A stretch of DNA of 63,083 bases, filler included, from Octopus bimaculoides (lineage: Eukaryota), in the NCBI RefSeq assembly GCF_001194135.2. It is 4 parts of 3 records of this genome, joined end to end, with 100 filler letters (N's around TTAATTAATTAA, not from the genome) between each part and the next. Parts side by side here need not be neighbours in the genome. Positions count along the whole stretch, not along the records: positions 1 to 23,960 come from NC_068990.1; positions 24,061 to 44,671 come from NC_068988.1; 2 more parts are not named here. The stretch is one strand, 5' to 3'. Numbering within the stretch: the stretch's first letter is position 1; each line of letters starts with the position of its first letter. The translations under genes and the position numbers were made by a program. The notes beneath the pieces are model-generated. The model saw only the letters and a list, made by a program, of their open reading frames with translations, was not told the origin of the DNA and did no database searches. Shown piece by piece: positions 13,201-26,689 of this stretch.

Positions 13201-14196
13201 CGTTAAATATATTCTTTAGTTGTGCATATGATCGATGAGTGATGTCTGCATTTATTTGTGATGAAGGTATTAAAATATATACATCTTCATTTTCCAGTGT
13301 ATGTAAAATCTAGGCAAATACGTAAAATGAAGTTATATTTAGCCATTATCGATTAAAATGTAAAACTGAAACTATTCCTCTTCTTATTACTAATTCTTTA
13401 AAAATAGGACTACCGCAAAAGTATATTATTACATGTGACAAAAATATATAGTAAGTAATAACTGTTATGTTTTTGTTTATATTGCTGAATTGTTTCACAT
13501 GTAATATCAATTTGTATTAACAGTCGCTAAAATTTAATTTATCTGGTCTTTCATACAATACAGGATGTTACATAAAATATGAGATATTTGGAGATTATAA
13601 GGACAATATACTTTTCCATTTCCAATTGTAATATAAGTGAATACTAACACAATAAAAATAACTAAAATCGAATGAAGTAATACGAATGTCACTTTGATAA
13701 TATGTTACTTAATGCTAAATCAGAAGCTCAACAGGAAGTTGTGATTCCTTTAAACAGAATGAAAGCTAATTGACATGAAACAAAGTAAAATCAATGAGAA
13801 GCTGCCTGAAAAGTCAGTCTGATATATTATCAGTGATTTTATAACAAAGCAGCACTGAAACTTAAGATTTATACCAGCATGACTTCTATTCATGTACTAA
13901 CACAACTAACCTCTACCGAGCATGCACTTCTACGCTCTTTTGTCTTAATCACTTCCTTTATTCTGTCTGATACAATGCATATAAACACACACATATGTAT
14001 ATATATATATGAACATACGTATACAGCAGAAAGAAAGAATGAACAGGCAAACATTTGGTATCAGTTTAGAGCAGTCTAGTTTATGTATTTAAATATAATT
14101 ATAGCGCTGTTGTTCCGACAACTCTATTGTAATAGCTCTTCAATAATGTTTAAATACGTAAATTTCGTGCTCTGAACAGATACCAATTGTTTGTCA

Positions 14197-14603
14197 TTAT
14201 TTTCTTTCTGTTGTATATACACATGCTAAATATAAACTACTTATAGCCGATCCTTGCTGTATATCAGTTATTGACAAAAATGCCTTCCATTTTGCCCTTT
14301 TTGTCTTTATGGTTTCAGTATCCCTATCACGGTGTGTATTCACTGTGTGTCCTAAGTAGATGCAATCCTTTACCTCCTGGATTTCATCGATTCCCACTTC
14401 TATTCGGCCAAGTGCTACATTTTCCGTCTGCATCTAATTTGTTTTGTTAAACTCAGTGTTTTCAATGATGATAACAATGACGCCTGCGAATGGAAAGTGT
14501 GTTGGTTCCTTGCCACCTATCCAGTTGATGTCCGTGGTTACCATTTCTAGGCATGCGGCAAAGATCTTTGCTTATTTGACAACCTTCTCAATTGGCACTC
14601 AAT
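14197..14603 (-). mobile_element. RTE-clade LINE RT relic, downstream part
   Basis: Translates to CLEMVTTDINWIGGKEPTHFPFAGVIVII (decayed NHLRFADDIV) and IEVGIDEIQEVKDCIYLGH (E-V--YLG motif). Confidence 0.8.
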
Positions 14604-15259
14604 NNNNNNNNNNNNNNNNNNNNNNNNNNNNNNNNNNNNNNNNNNNNNNNNNNNNNNNNNNNNNNNNNNNNNNNNNNNNNNNNNNNNNNNNNNNNNNNNN
14701 NNNNNNNNNNNNNNNNNNNNNNNNNNNNNNNNNNNNNNNNNNNNNNNNNNNNNNNNNNNNNNNNNNNNNNNNNNNNNNNNNNNNNNNNNNNNNNNNNNNN
14801 NNNNNNNNNNNNNNNNNNNNNNNNNNNNNNNNNNNNNNNNNNNNNNNNNNNNNNNNNNNNNNNNNNNNNNNNNNNNNNNNNNNNNNNNNNNNNNNNNNNN
14901 NNNNNNNNNNNNNNNNNNNNNNNNNNNNNNNNNNNNNNNNNNNNNNNNNNNNNNNNNNNNNNNNNNNNNNNNNNNNNNNNNNNNNNNNNNNNNNNNNNNN
15001 NNNNNNNNNNNNNNNNNNNNNNNNNNNNNNNNNNNNNNNNNNNNNNNNNNNNNNNNNNNNNNNNNNNNNNNNNNNNNNNNNNNNNNNNNNNNNNNNNNNN
15101 NNNNNNNNNNNNNNNNNNNNNNNNNNNNNNNNNNNNNNNNNNNNNNNNNNNNNNNNNNNNNNNNNNNNNNNNNNNNNNNNNNNNNNNNNNNNNNNNNNNN
15201 NNNNNNNNNNNNNNNNNNNNNNNNNNNNNNNNNNNNNNNNNNNNNNNNNNNNNNNNNNN

Positions 15260-15447
15260 CGCACAAATACCTTTAGATTCACTTCATCATTTAAATTTAA
15301 TTTGTCAATTGAAACCGTGACCTATACACTGACAAAATTCTGTGCTGCGTGGAATTTTGTCAGTGAACAGGCCGCGGTTTCAAAGCGACGAAAATATATT
15401 GACAAATTGAATTTAAATGTTGCAGTGAATCTAACGGATTTTGTGTG
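15260..15447. repeat. Fold-back palindrome (MITE-like)
   Basis: Inverted arms meeting at CACTGACAAAATTC / GAATTTTGTCAGTG around an 11-nt loop (15341-15351); 15-nt indel between arms. Confidence 0.9.
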
Positions 15448-15543
15448 TTTTTAAATGGCTTATAAACACCTTCCACGCAGCAATTGTTTTTGTTTCAGTA
15501 TACGATCTCAGATCAAGTCATTTGTTATGCAAGTGCATCTCCG

Positions 15544-15660
<117 letters not shown>

Positions 15661-15977
15661 TATCATTATATATATAACACATGTTCAAATAATGTAACTC
15701 AGAAGCCCATATCCACGAACGCAAGGCACATATACACTTACTAAACACATAGACACACAGACATATGTCAGGCGTAATGCATGCGAAGATAGGGATACGT
15801 ATGGCAAAAGCAAAATGGAACAGACAGGAGAAGACCGGAGAGAACAGGAGACGGAATGTGTGACGAAAGAATCTGACAAATAAATGAATAACTATGATAA
15901 TGAGAGTAATAATAATAATAATAAAGCTGAAGTGCAGGTAAACAGTGCATGTGTTTAATTGGAAATANNNNNNNNNN

Positions 15978-16230
15978 GCCACCTATCCAGTTGATGTCCG
16001 TGGTTACCATTTCTAGGCATGCGGCAAAGATCTTTGCTTATTTGACAACCTTCTCAATTGGCACTCAATTACTGGTGGTGAAACCAGAGCTGTATCTGTT
16101 GTGCAGTCAGATTTCTCATCTCTCAGTTGTTTGATGTATTGCGCCTTGACACCTTTCATTTCCAGAGATCTCAACAGTGCGTTCATCTCGATGATTTATT
16201 CACGAGTTATATACAGATAGATTGACTTAA
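15978..16230 (-). mobile_element. RTE-clade LINE RT relic, upstream part
   Basis: NALLRSLEMKGVKAQYIKQLRD matches the RTE pattern preceding the QG motif; 15978-16069 is identical to 14512-14603. Confidence 0.75.
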
Positions 16231-16487
16231 CGGACAGCTCTCAATTATACCACGCAGAGTTTATAAAAGGAAATCCTTAAACGGCCATACCGAGGGATAT
16301 CAAGTTAAGACTATGAACAGACTGCCGCGTTTTATATTAAGATTGCAATTGCAACGATTAATTGCTAATTATTGCAATTGAAACACGTGTTAGTCTTAAA
16401 AGTCGGTATATAATTATAGAATTAAAGGTAATATTATTGCGATTTCAGAGTAATCCTTATTTTAAATATTGTCTATACATACATATA

Positions 16488-16526
<39 letters not shown>

Positions 16527-17367
16527 NNNNNNNNNNNNNNNNNNNNNNNNNNNNNNNNNNNNNNNNNNNNNNNNNNNNNNNNNNNNNNNNNNNNNNNNNN
16601 NNNNNNNNNNNNNNNNNNNNNNNNNNNNNNNNNNNNNNNNNNNNNNNNNNNNNNNNNNNNNNNNNNNNNNNNNNNNNNNNNNNNNNNNNNNNNNNNNNNN
16701 NNNNNNNNNNNNNNNNNNNNNNNNNNNNNNNNNNNNNNNNNNNNNNNNNNNNNNNNNNNNNNNNNNNNNNNNNNNNNNNNNNNNNNNNNNNNNNNNNNNN
16801 NNNNNNNNNNNNNNNNNNNNNNNNNNNNNNNNNNNNNNNNNNNNNNNNNNNNNNNNNNNNNNNNNNNNNNNNNNNNNNNNNNNNNNNNNNNNNNNNNNNN
16901 NNNNNNNNNNNNNNNNNNNNNNNNNNNNNNNNNNNNNNNNNNNNNNNNNNNNNNNNNNNNNNNNNNNNNNNNNNNNNNNNNNNNNNNNNNNNNNNNNNNN
17001 NNNNNNNNNNNNNNNNNNNNNNNNNNNNNNNNNNNNNNNNNNNNNNNNNNNNNNNNNNNNNNNNNNNNNNNNNNNNNNNNNNNNNNNNNNNNNNNNNNNN
17101 NNNNNNNNNNNNNNNNNNNNNNNNNNNNNNNNNNNNNNNNNNNNNNNNNNNNNNNNNNNNNNNNNNNNNNNNNNNNNNNNNNNNNNNNNNNNNNNNNNNN
17201 NNNNNNNNNNNNNNNNNNNNNNNNNNNNNNNNNNNNNNNNNNNNNNNNNNNNNNNNNNNNNNNNNNNNNNNNNNNNNNNNNNNNNNNNNNNNNNNNNNNN
17301 NNNNNNNNNNNNNNNNNNNNNNNNNNNNNNNNNNNNNNNNNNNNNNNNNNNNNNNNNNNNNNNNNNN

Positions 17368-17429
<62 letters not shown>

Positions 17430-18546
17430 ATGTTTATGTATTTGTGTGTTTGTTAATGTGAGAGTGTTTGAACTTGTATGTGCGAATCTATGTGTATCTA
17501 TGAGTTTATGATTTAAGAAGTTGTGGTCCTAGACGGTGCCATTTCTTCCATGGATCATACGGTTGCTTAGCAATAATCCTTCACGAATATGCTTTTCTCA
17601 ACAAGAAACTTAAATCGTTGTCAAAAAACACTTAAGGTACAGTGTATCAAATATTCATAACTGTTCTCATATCTATCTAGTACTCTCATTAGCTGAAACA
17701 GCAAAAAATAACAGCAAAACGAAACAACAAAATAAATTTTGAGTGAAAGGTAATATGCGTAGACTAGTTTTCATTCCAATGTATGTTTACATCGCAAATA
17801 TTTATAAAGTAGATAGTTTAAAATTCCTCCTCTTTCCGTTTCTTTATCTCCTCCTACTTCTGTTTTGCTTCCAATTCTTTTCTTCCTTCTTATCTTGTTT
17901 TTTTTTTCTTTGTCACTCTTACATTATTTTTTATATATGTCACTTCATTCTAAAGAAGGAACATTTCTATGTAAATTTTCACTTCATATTATTAAACCAT
18001 AACACTGCACGTTACCTCAGAGAAATCCTCTTCATCTAATGTTACAGTGTGTTGTCAATCGTTGTTGTGCACTAATACTTCCCTTGCATAAAAACATATA
18101 TTCACATTTTCTCTCTATTGAATCCACACTCTGCGTTGTTTCCCTAACGTATGTGAAATCACAATGGACTTAGATAAATCCATCCATTTGAATTTAAACT
18201 ATTCCCGATCCAAACTGTACAATATTTACATCTCTTAAAAAAACAAAAAAATAAAACAATCCCGTTAACTTCTAAAATTAATGTGCGAAAACAAAACCCG
18301 AGGTATCTTCTTTAGTAGTACATATTCATCAATTGATTTAATTCGTATCAAGCCGCACCTGGTCACCAGATGTAACGTAAAATGCGTAATTTCATGAAAT
18401 AGGTACGTTCTCGTTAAAACTACTCGTTCTTAATAAAAATAATTCGCGCTCTTATTGAGTCTGGAGATATAGAATGTTATTGGATAATTGCATCATATAT
18501 GCCCCAACATGACCGCAGTCTAATGACTCCAACAAGTAAAATATAA

Positions 18547-18616
<70 letters not shown>

Positions 18617-20870
18617 GCATATACACAGGCAGAGAGACACAAACATTCATACACACACATATATATATATACCTATACAGACGTACATACAGGCGTATAT
18701 ACATAGGTGAGTGTGACAATTTTTGAGAGGAAAAGTACTTAGTTTATATGATGTACTTAACTCATGTAAACGTGGAGAGTCATACGATTGATACTTAATA
18801 TCGTGGATACACACCACAGAAGATCGTTCCAGGAAGTGAAATATCGGAGTATCTATAAAATAGTCCATTAATGCTAATATCTCTCTCTGTCATTGTCCCT
18901 CTCCGTCTCTCTCGCTCTTTCTTTCTCTCTCTCTATCTCTCTCCCTCTCTCTCTGTACACAAATACCCGCGCACACACACATACATATATATCTATGCAC
19001 ATGCACAGCCATGTGTGTGCGTATTTCAATGAATGCATGCATGATTAATTTCTTTGTCAGCTTGCGGCCCCTCTGTCATCTCCTGTTTCGTTTCATTCCT
19101 GTACTTTCTAACCTACCATCATCATTATTTCCTAGTCACTCTTCCATTAATTCTCATTATTACTGTTCTGAATCTTTTTTAACGCATCCAGCATATGTTA
19201 ACTTATTTGATTTCCGATGAAGTGATCCGGTCGATGAGTACGAATAAATTATGAACAANNNNNNNNNNNNNNNNNNNNNNNNNNNNNNNNNNNNNNNNNN
19301 NNNNNNNNNNNNNNNNNNNNNNNNNNNNNNNNNNNNNNNNNNNNNNNNNNNNNNNNNNNNNNTATATATATATATATATATATATATCATAATTTATTTC
19401 CTATCTTAGAATCCGGGCATATTAATTAAAAAATTTTTTTTGGTACACATTCGTCCATTCTTTGCCGACAAAGAGGATCGCTCGTGCTCTCTGGTTCTGG
19501 TTCTTTTATTTTTGCATTCCCTAATTAGTTCTATTGATTTGTCATGATGCACCTTTGAGCTCTACGTTTTCATCCTTTATAGATCCTGCTAATAAGTACG
19601 AAATGGAAATTAACTATTTACGATAAGTGCTTTAGGTTAGGAATACGATGGTATTCATTGCGTTAAATTCGGGTTCATGTTTTAGGGATTCAATGTCCTT
19701 AAATTTTAAAGTTCTCTATATCTCTTTGGTACAATGATATGAGAGTACCATTCATGTCTCTGATACGTCTTTGCTGCATTTGGCAGGATTCAATATTTTC
19801 TGTTCATCGAGATCCAAACTTTCCGAAATAGCATTGCTTTCCAAAACGTGGTTGGGCATAAATATTTCAACTTGCAGTTGTTGAAAATGATCCGGACAGC
19901 ATGTGTATCAGAAACTAGGCTTTGGCGAACACCAACATCTATGATTTTTGTTTCTTGGTTTCAGCTGTTTCAAAGTGAAATTTAGGCAATGTGCATTCAC
20001 ACATCTCCTGTTCTTTGGAAGTCCCTCCGATGAAGATTTAAAGAACCAACAATTGAAAGAGATATCAAGCAGCCACATTGTATGTGGGGTGATATAACGG
20101 AAAATAAAAGAAAAAATGTGTGAGAAACTGCTCTCAGAATAATAAAGTAATCAAAGTTAAATTTTAAAGTTAGCATGATAATCATAATGGAAATATGAAC
20201 AAAGATACGTATCACTCTTGCTTGATGAAAGAAAGTATTAGAGAAGAATATTCCCCACGGGTGGGAACCTCAATAAGGAAACGATGGATGAGAATTAGTA
20301 GAAATATGTAGGAGTAGTTACAAAAGAAGAACATGTAAAACAAATGACACTGAAGTTAGGTAAACCTATTAAAATATAATGCGACGGTAATTAGAATAGG
20401 ACTGACGCCTAGTTACCTAAACACGCGTAATAAAGTTAGAAAAAAACAGAGTTAAACTCGATTAAGAAACGAATGAAAAGCAGCAGCGTTACCTGTTCAA
20501 AATAAAGGAGACTATATTCCTCATAAATCTGATCAGTGATTATGTATTTTTTTTTGTTTTTTTGTCCTAATCAACTGACAGCTTGCGACAACATGTCTCT
20601 CGATAATGTCTTGGATATGTCTGCGACAGAGAAAAGTGCTTTGTATGCTTATGTGAATGGTTCCAGGTGTTTTTGTTTTATTTTGTGTTTTGGTAGACTT
20701 ACAGTGGATGGCTTTTAAACTGTGTAGTAGTTGCGGAACTGACACTCTGTGTTTCGGTGTTCCTCTCTTTTGTTCATTTTGCTGTTATTAATTTTGAAGA
20801 TTGTTTTGTGATTGTTTTTATTGTTTCTGCTGATTTTCATGATCTATAATTTTGCTTTTCTTTTTTAATT

Positions 20871-21660
20871 TCCAAGCGTTTCAGCCCAAATGCTTTGGCC
20901 ATGCTGTAGCATCGCCAGTAATATCACTTTTTCAATGGCCATTCTCTTATGATTGGCTTTTGGCGTAGGAGTGAGTCTGATACTACTGCTCTCTTTTGAG
21001 TTTCTTGCCGTAATGTAGGTTTATCTGAGAGCTTGTATAGCAGAAGGTTGTGTTGCTTCTTGAAAATATCTACCTCTACTCCATGTAGACCTCTCGGGTA
21101 TTTTGGGAAGACGTTAAATAGCCGTGGGCTTTTGAATCTCAAGGTATTGCAGTCACTGGTCGTCACTCTAGAAAGGATGGCTGGACATTTGGAACAGCAG
21201 AGGGACATCCAGTTTGGAGGAATTGACGGTTTTGATATTGCTGATTGCTGTGGTTATGTGGACTGAACTATGCGAGCCTTCCATCTAATGTCAGGTTTTA
21301 AGCTAATGTAGCTTCTCCGTTTACCACAATGTACAGTATGGTACCATTCATAATATCTATTTTATCCAGAAACATGCCCAGCTTTACGAGAAGTAGCTCG
21401 ATAAGAATTTCAACTCCAATTGCTGATCAAATTTTCTTTGCACTTCTTTCATTTGTGCCCCAAATCTGAACAACCATGGATGCCAGCCTTCATCATTCCG
21501 TTTCATATAGATCCTCTTAATGTCACTCTCGGTGTGGAATTTATCAGCCGTTGCTGGTGTCAGACACTCCCAAACTGCAATCTATTTCTCAACAATGTTT
21601 CGAAAATGCTTTCAAATATGAAATACGAAACACACCGGACAAAATATTGCAACTGTAGCA
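20871..21660 (-). mobile_element. CR1-like LINE 3' end relic
   Basis: KEVQRKF, then NTLRFKSPRLFNVFPKYPRGLHGVEVDIFKK...KLSDKPT...SDSL follows the CR1-group C-terminal pattern GPRLFN-LP--IR----FK--LD---PD-P---SNSL. Confidence 0.8.
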
Positions 21661-22233
21661 AGCCTCCTTGATTTTCTGAAAGTCACATACTCTTACAAAG
21701 ACATGACATCATATACTTTACTAAAGTATAAATCAATATTTCTAAAATTTTCCCCTATGTCATGCAGTCATTTAAAATAAAATGAGGTACTAAAATTTTA
21801 AATTGTATAGCTATGTCAAATAAGTTTTGCAAATCTCGGTTATTTACAGAAGTATCTCAGAGCGATCGCTAAAATAATACAGCCGTGAACTGAACTCTAC
21901 CATCATTCGTATTCAGTATTTAAATTCTTGATAAGGTGGACATCCCTCACTGCTAACAACAATTAACAAAATATTTAAAACTTCAATAAATATCCAACCA
22001 CCGCAACCAATCCTGTTAAGTCATTACCATCACTATTTAAACCTACAAAATAACATGGACTTGAATGTTAATGTGTTTCATCATTGTCATATGCATTGAT
22101 GTATAGATGCACGTAGTTTTGCGTTCGAGTGACTGCTTCATATGTGATGCTTGCTAACAAATATATATTTATTTATGTTCGAGTAGTATCAACACTATGC
22201 TTGCGTGCATGTTTTCTTTATTTGTGTTATACA

Positions 22234-22295
<62 letters not shown>

Positions 22296-22580
22296 NNNNN
22301 NNNNNNNNNNNNNNNNNNNNNNNNNNNNNNNNNNNNNNNNATATATATATATATATATAGGTATATTAAATATATGATTTAATTTATAAAACAAAGGTCA
22401 ACAAATTCAATCATACTTTTCGTAAAGGGAGGAGATTATCTGTTAATATGGATTGAAATTATTTTTATTTATGTAGCTATACAATCGTTTCATATCAGAA
22501 AGATAATAAATTCATTTTAAGAAACTGGGTTATCAAAAAGTATTCGTCAGCAGCAAAAATTAAAGCAGAAGAAGAAAAAA

Positions 22581-22735
22581 TAAATAGACATTAGAGTTAC
22601 ACAGGCATGGTGTTCGCAAAGCACAGCTATGTGTATTTAGAACAAGACAATGAGTTCAACGTTTTAGACAGTCATTACTCTAAGAACAATTACGTATTAC
22701 GATCACCATACCTGTGTAATTCTAACGTCTTTTTA
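22581..22735. repeat. Degenerate inverted repeat
   Basis: TTAGAGTTACACAGGCATGGTG (22591-22612) pairs with CACCATACCTGTGTAATTCTAA (22704-22725) with 2 mismatches; weaker pairing inside and outside. Confidence 0.75.
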
Positions 22736-23034
22736 GCTTTTTGTTTTCCTTTCCTTAAGATTTGCTACTGAAGAATACTTTTTGACAACGCAGATTCTTA
22801 AAATGAATCTACTGTCTTTCTGTATGAAACGATCGTGTAGCTACATGAATAAAAATAATTTCAATCCATATTAACATATAATCACCTCCATTTACAAAAA
22901 CTATGATTGTATTTGTTGAACTTTGTTTTATAATTTAAATAATATACTTAATATACTTATATAAATTTTCATATCTACGCTAATTTACACCAGAAAATAC
23001 ATACATACATACATACACACATCCATCCATCCAT

Positions 23035-23077
<43 letters not shown>

Positions 23078-23081
<4 letters not shown>

Positions 23082-23318
23082 TGGCGCATAATTACTGCGG
23101 CTTTTTTTCGACAAACTTTATTCAACAATAACAATATTTAACAAAAACATCTTTAAAAAACGGTCTGACGGTCTGCCAAGCAAATGGGGAGCAGTGATTG
23201 AAGTAGATGGTGAATATGCTCCGGAATAATCATTTAAAGATGTTTTTGCTACATGTTGTTATTGTTTCTCTTGAATAAAATTTGCTGAAAAAAAGCCTCA
23301 ATAATTATGCACCGAACT
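23078..23318 (+). mobile_element. Mariner-derived non-autonomous element (MITE)
   Basis: Mariner-type TIRs (GGTTGGCGCATAATTACTGCGGCTTTTT and its inverted copy) beside a (TA)n tract; internal GLPSKWGAVIEVDGEYAPE* (23170-23229) resembles the mariner transposase C-terminus. Confidence 0.85.
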
Positions 23319-23918
23319 AACCAATGCCAGAGTTCAAGGTACGTGTCCAGGTTGCCGCGTTGTGGGACATAAACGAATTCACATGGTTGTAAAGCGAGCT
23401 TTTTAACAACATAGCGATGTCTGCCTGTCTGGGTGTGTTTTTGTGTATCAGCATATGTATACATATGTAAGTATATATAAATATATACATATATATACAC
23501 ACATGTATATAAAGACACATGCATATATACGCACTCACGCATGCGCACACAAAACCCACATGCATACAAACGCAGACATGCACACACATACAAATCTCAT
23601 ATAGTGTTGGCTTTTTTCATAACTATCTTAATTCATATATTTATATATTCTTATATTTCTATTTTACACATGATCTCCCAGTCTATTTCGTTAATAATAT
23701 CACTAGTTTTTCCCCCCTTTTTTACCATTTAGGGAAGGAACGGTTTAATAAATAAAAAATATTTCGCGTAATATCATTCAGTACACCCCTTGATGCTGTT
23801 ATTCAAATTTATGCATCGGACACTTTTGTATTATATATACTGAAAGCTCCTTTTATATACACTACCACCTGCTTGCTTATATACGTACATGCATATACAT
23901 ATATACATACATACATAC

Positions 23919-23960
<42 letters not shown>

Positions 23961-24060
23961 NNNNNNNNNNNNNNNNNNNNNNNNNNNNNNNNNNNNNNNN
24001 NNNNTTAATTAATTAANNNNNNNNNNNNNNNNNNNNNNNNNNNNNNNNNNNNNNNNNNNN
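23961..24060. other. Artificial scaffold-joining spacer
   Basis: 44 N + TTAATTAATTAA (24005-24016) + 44 N. Confidence 0.95.
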
Positions 24061-25463
24061 CTACAGTTATCATATTTGGTTAAAATGTCTTACGGTTAAG
24101 TTGGCTCTTATGTATTTCACTGAATAGAAGATTACATCTTTATCAACATCACTTATTCCTTTGGAAGGACCCATTCGTAATCTTCGAAACATATGTCGGA
24201 AATAAAAGAATTCATTTAACATATGCGTATTACTCCATTTATTAAATATTATATATATATGTATATATATATATATATATCATGCACCAACACATGAGCA
24301 CCAATGTACACTCTACTGGCACAAGCACACATTAACTGCACACTCACACACACACTTACTCTCATGCACACATACACACAACCATACATAACACACCTGA
24401 TTGCTTTACACGCTTACACAATACACAGTCTTTTTCTGTGTTGTGTGTCTCTATATGTGTGTGTGCGTATCTGTGTGTGTGCGTATCTGTGTGTGTGAGT
24501 GTGCGTGTTTGTGCGTGTAGTTGTATACGTGTATCTGTACGTATGTGTATATATATGTGTGTGTATATGTTCTCTTTTTCTTTTTAATTTTAGAGTAAAT
24601 TTTGACAGGCCACCTCCTTGGTAGCAAGGTTGTAAAGGATTGTATCTTATTTTAACCACCACTCTTTGTGTGTGTGTCTGTCTGTCTGTCTGTCTGTACG
24701 TATGTCTGTATGTATGTATGTATGTCTGTCTGTATGTATGTATGTATGTATGTATGTATATATGTGCTTCTGTGTGAGCAAAGTATATTAGCGTATAGCG
24801 TTGAGCTTCATTATGCAGGAATCATATTTGTTTGGAAGATATTAAATTGAATAAATGCAAAACAAAAACGATGTATATTTATGCTTTTCTTGCAGTTCTA
24901 CATCTTGAAACTATAACATTAAACTATATATAGTGTGTCTAATATTTATATAGGTTGTCGTTTTGATATTTTCGTTGCTTTGAAGGAATCGTTAGTATTT
25001 ATTACGATAAAGAAAATCTTTCACTACTTTTCCTATTTTAGATATAATTTTTTCTAGAAAAATTGGTTGATTTGTTTCAAATTTTCATTAATATATGCAA
25101 ATTTCCTTTAAAATTGTTAAAATTGCATTCGAGTAATATTTGGAAATAAATGTAAAGACAAACAGATGGAAATATAATTGCCTAACTAAACGACAAAAAT
25201 TGTAATACATTATGATATTTGTAGTTATTGCTTTAAGGAAATATATTAGTTTGTTTGCAATGTACACAGTCCCAACTTAGTTTTGTTTTGACAGCGACTG
25301 CTCTGTATTAGTATGAAGTTTATTAATTTCACTCACCTCCTATAGATTTATATGCATATATGGCATATATGTATGTAATGTATGTACGTATACATGTTTG
25401 TATGAATGTATTTAGCTTTCTATGTTCTTATGTATACAGTATACAGACATACATATATACGTA

Positions 25464-25504
<41 letters not shown>

Positions 25505-25779
25505 NNNNNNNNNNNNNNNNNNNNNNNNNNNNNNNNNNNNNNNNNNNNNNNNNNNNNNNNNNNNNNNNNNNNNNNNNNNNNNNNNNNNNNNNNNNNNNNN
25601 NNNNNNNNNNNNNNNNNNNNNNNNNNNNNNNNNNNNNNNNNNNNNNNNNNNNNNNNNNNNNNNNNNNNNNNNNNGTTACTGTTGCTTTATCGTGCAGTTA
25701 CTGTTAATACTTCATTTAGAGAATTAACATTGCTTATATATATATATTTATATATATATATATATTTATATTTCTGTGG

Positions 25780-25920
25780 ACAAGTTGGTCTGTGGTAACT
25801 AGCTTGCTTACTAGTTCCGGGTTCAGTCACACTTCATGGCACTTTCGGCATGTGTCTTCTACTATAGCCTCTGGCCGACCAAAGTCTTGTAAGTGGATTT
25901 GGTGGACGCAATCTCAAGGA
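25780..25920 (+). mobile_element. SINE family B
   Basis: GTGGTAACTAGCTTGCT...GGGTTCAGTC...CCGACCAAAGTCTTGTAAGTGGATTTGG, homologous to 52768. Confidence 0.85.
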
Positions 25921-26094
25921 TCCCATCATATATATATATATGTGCGTGTGTGTGTGTGTGTGTATGTATGCGTTTATTTTATTTTACGTTTTTGTATTCA
26001 ACCTGGTGAACCTCCATGCACTAGTTCGAATGTGCTATGAAGATGACGAATATTAATTTGTGTATATATATATATATATACATATATGCATATA

Positions 26095-26365
26095 TATTGG
26101 GTTGACAAATACATTCCCACGGTTTTTTTCTTTGTTACATTTAGTTTCCTAATTAAGTTTTAATAAAAACTAACTAATTAATTGATAATGAATTCACACT
26201 TGTTGTTTACAACTCCTTCCCAACGTTCAACAAGATTTTCAACAAGATTTTCAACACCTCGTTGGTAGAAATCACCCGATTTCCACTCGAAAAATTGACC
26301 CGACCAAACTCTTAATTCTGCATCAGTATTGAACGAAAAACCGCGCATAGCATTTGAAAGAGATT
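26095..26365 (-). mobile_element. Mariner transposase 3' fragment with TIR
   Basis: SLSNAMRGFSFNTDAELRVWSGQFFEWKSGDFYQRGVENLVENLVERWEGVVNNKCEFIIN*, followed by a TIR-like end TATTGGGTTGACAAATAC at a TA tract. Confidence 0.9.
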
Positions 26366-26689
26366 CTCATTGTTCAGCAAGCAATTAACGCCTTGAAGAA
26401 ATATTGTTCTTATAAACACACATCCTGATATAATGCTTTGTGTATGAGATGTGTGTCATTACTATCACAGATATATCGATGCCTGGTGTACATGCTACTA
26501 CACTATTGCTTCGCTGCTGTTATTAAGGCATGCTTTTTACTGATGTGAGCTACAATCGGGTATCATATCTCAACACATCAGATTTTTTGCTTTGACCTCT
26601 CTTGTCTACCATGTATAATATGTGCTCACAGTCGACACAGATAATATATGATAGAGCAAAAAAGCAAAGCATCGTAATCGGAAATAAAT

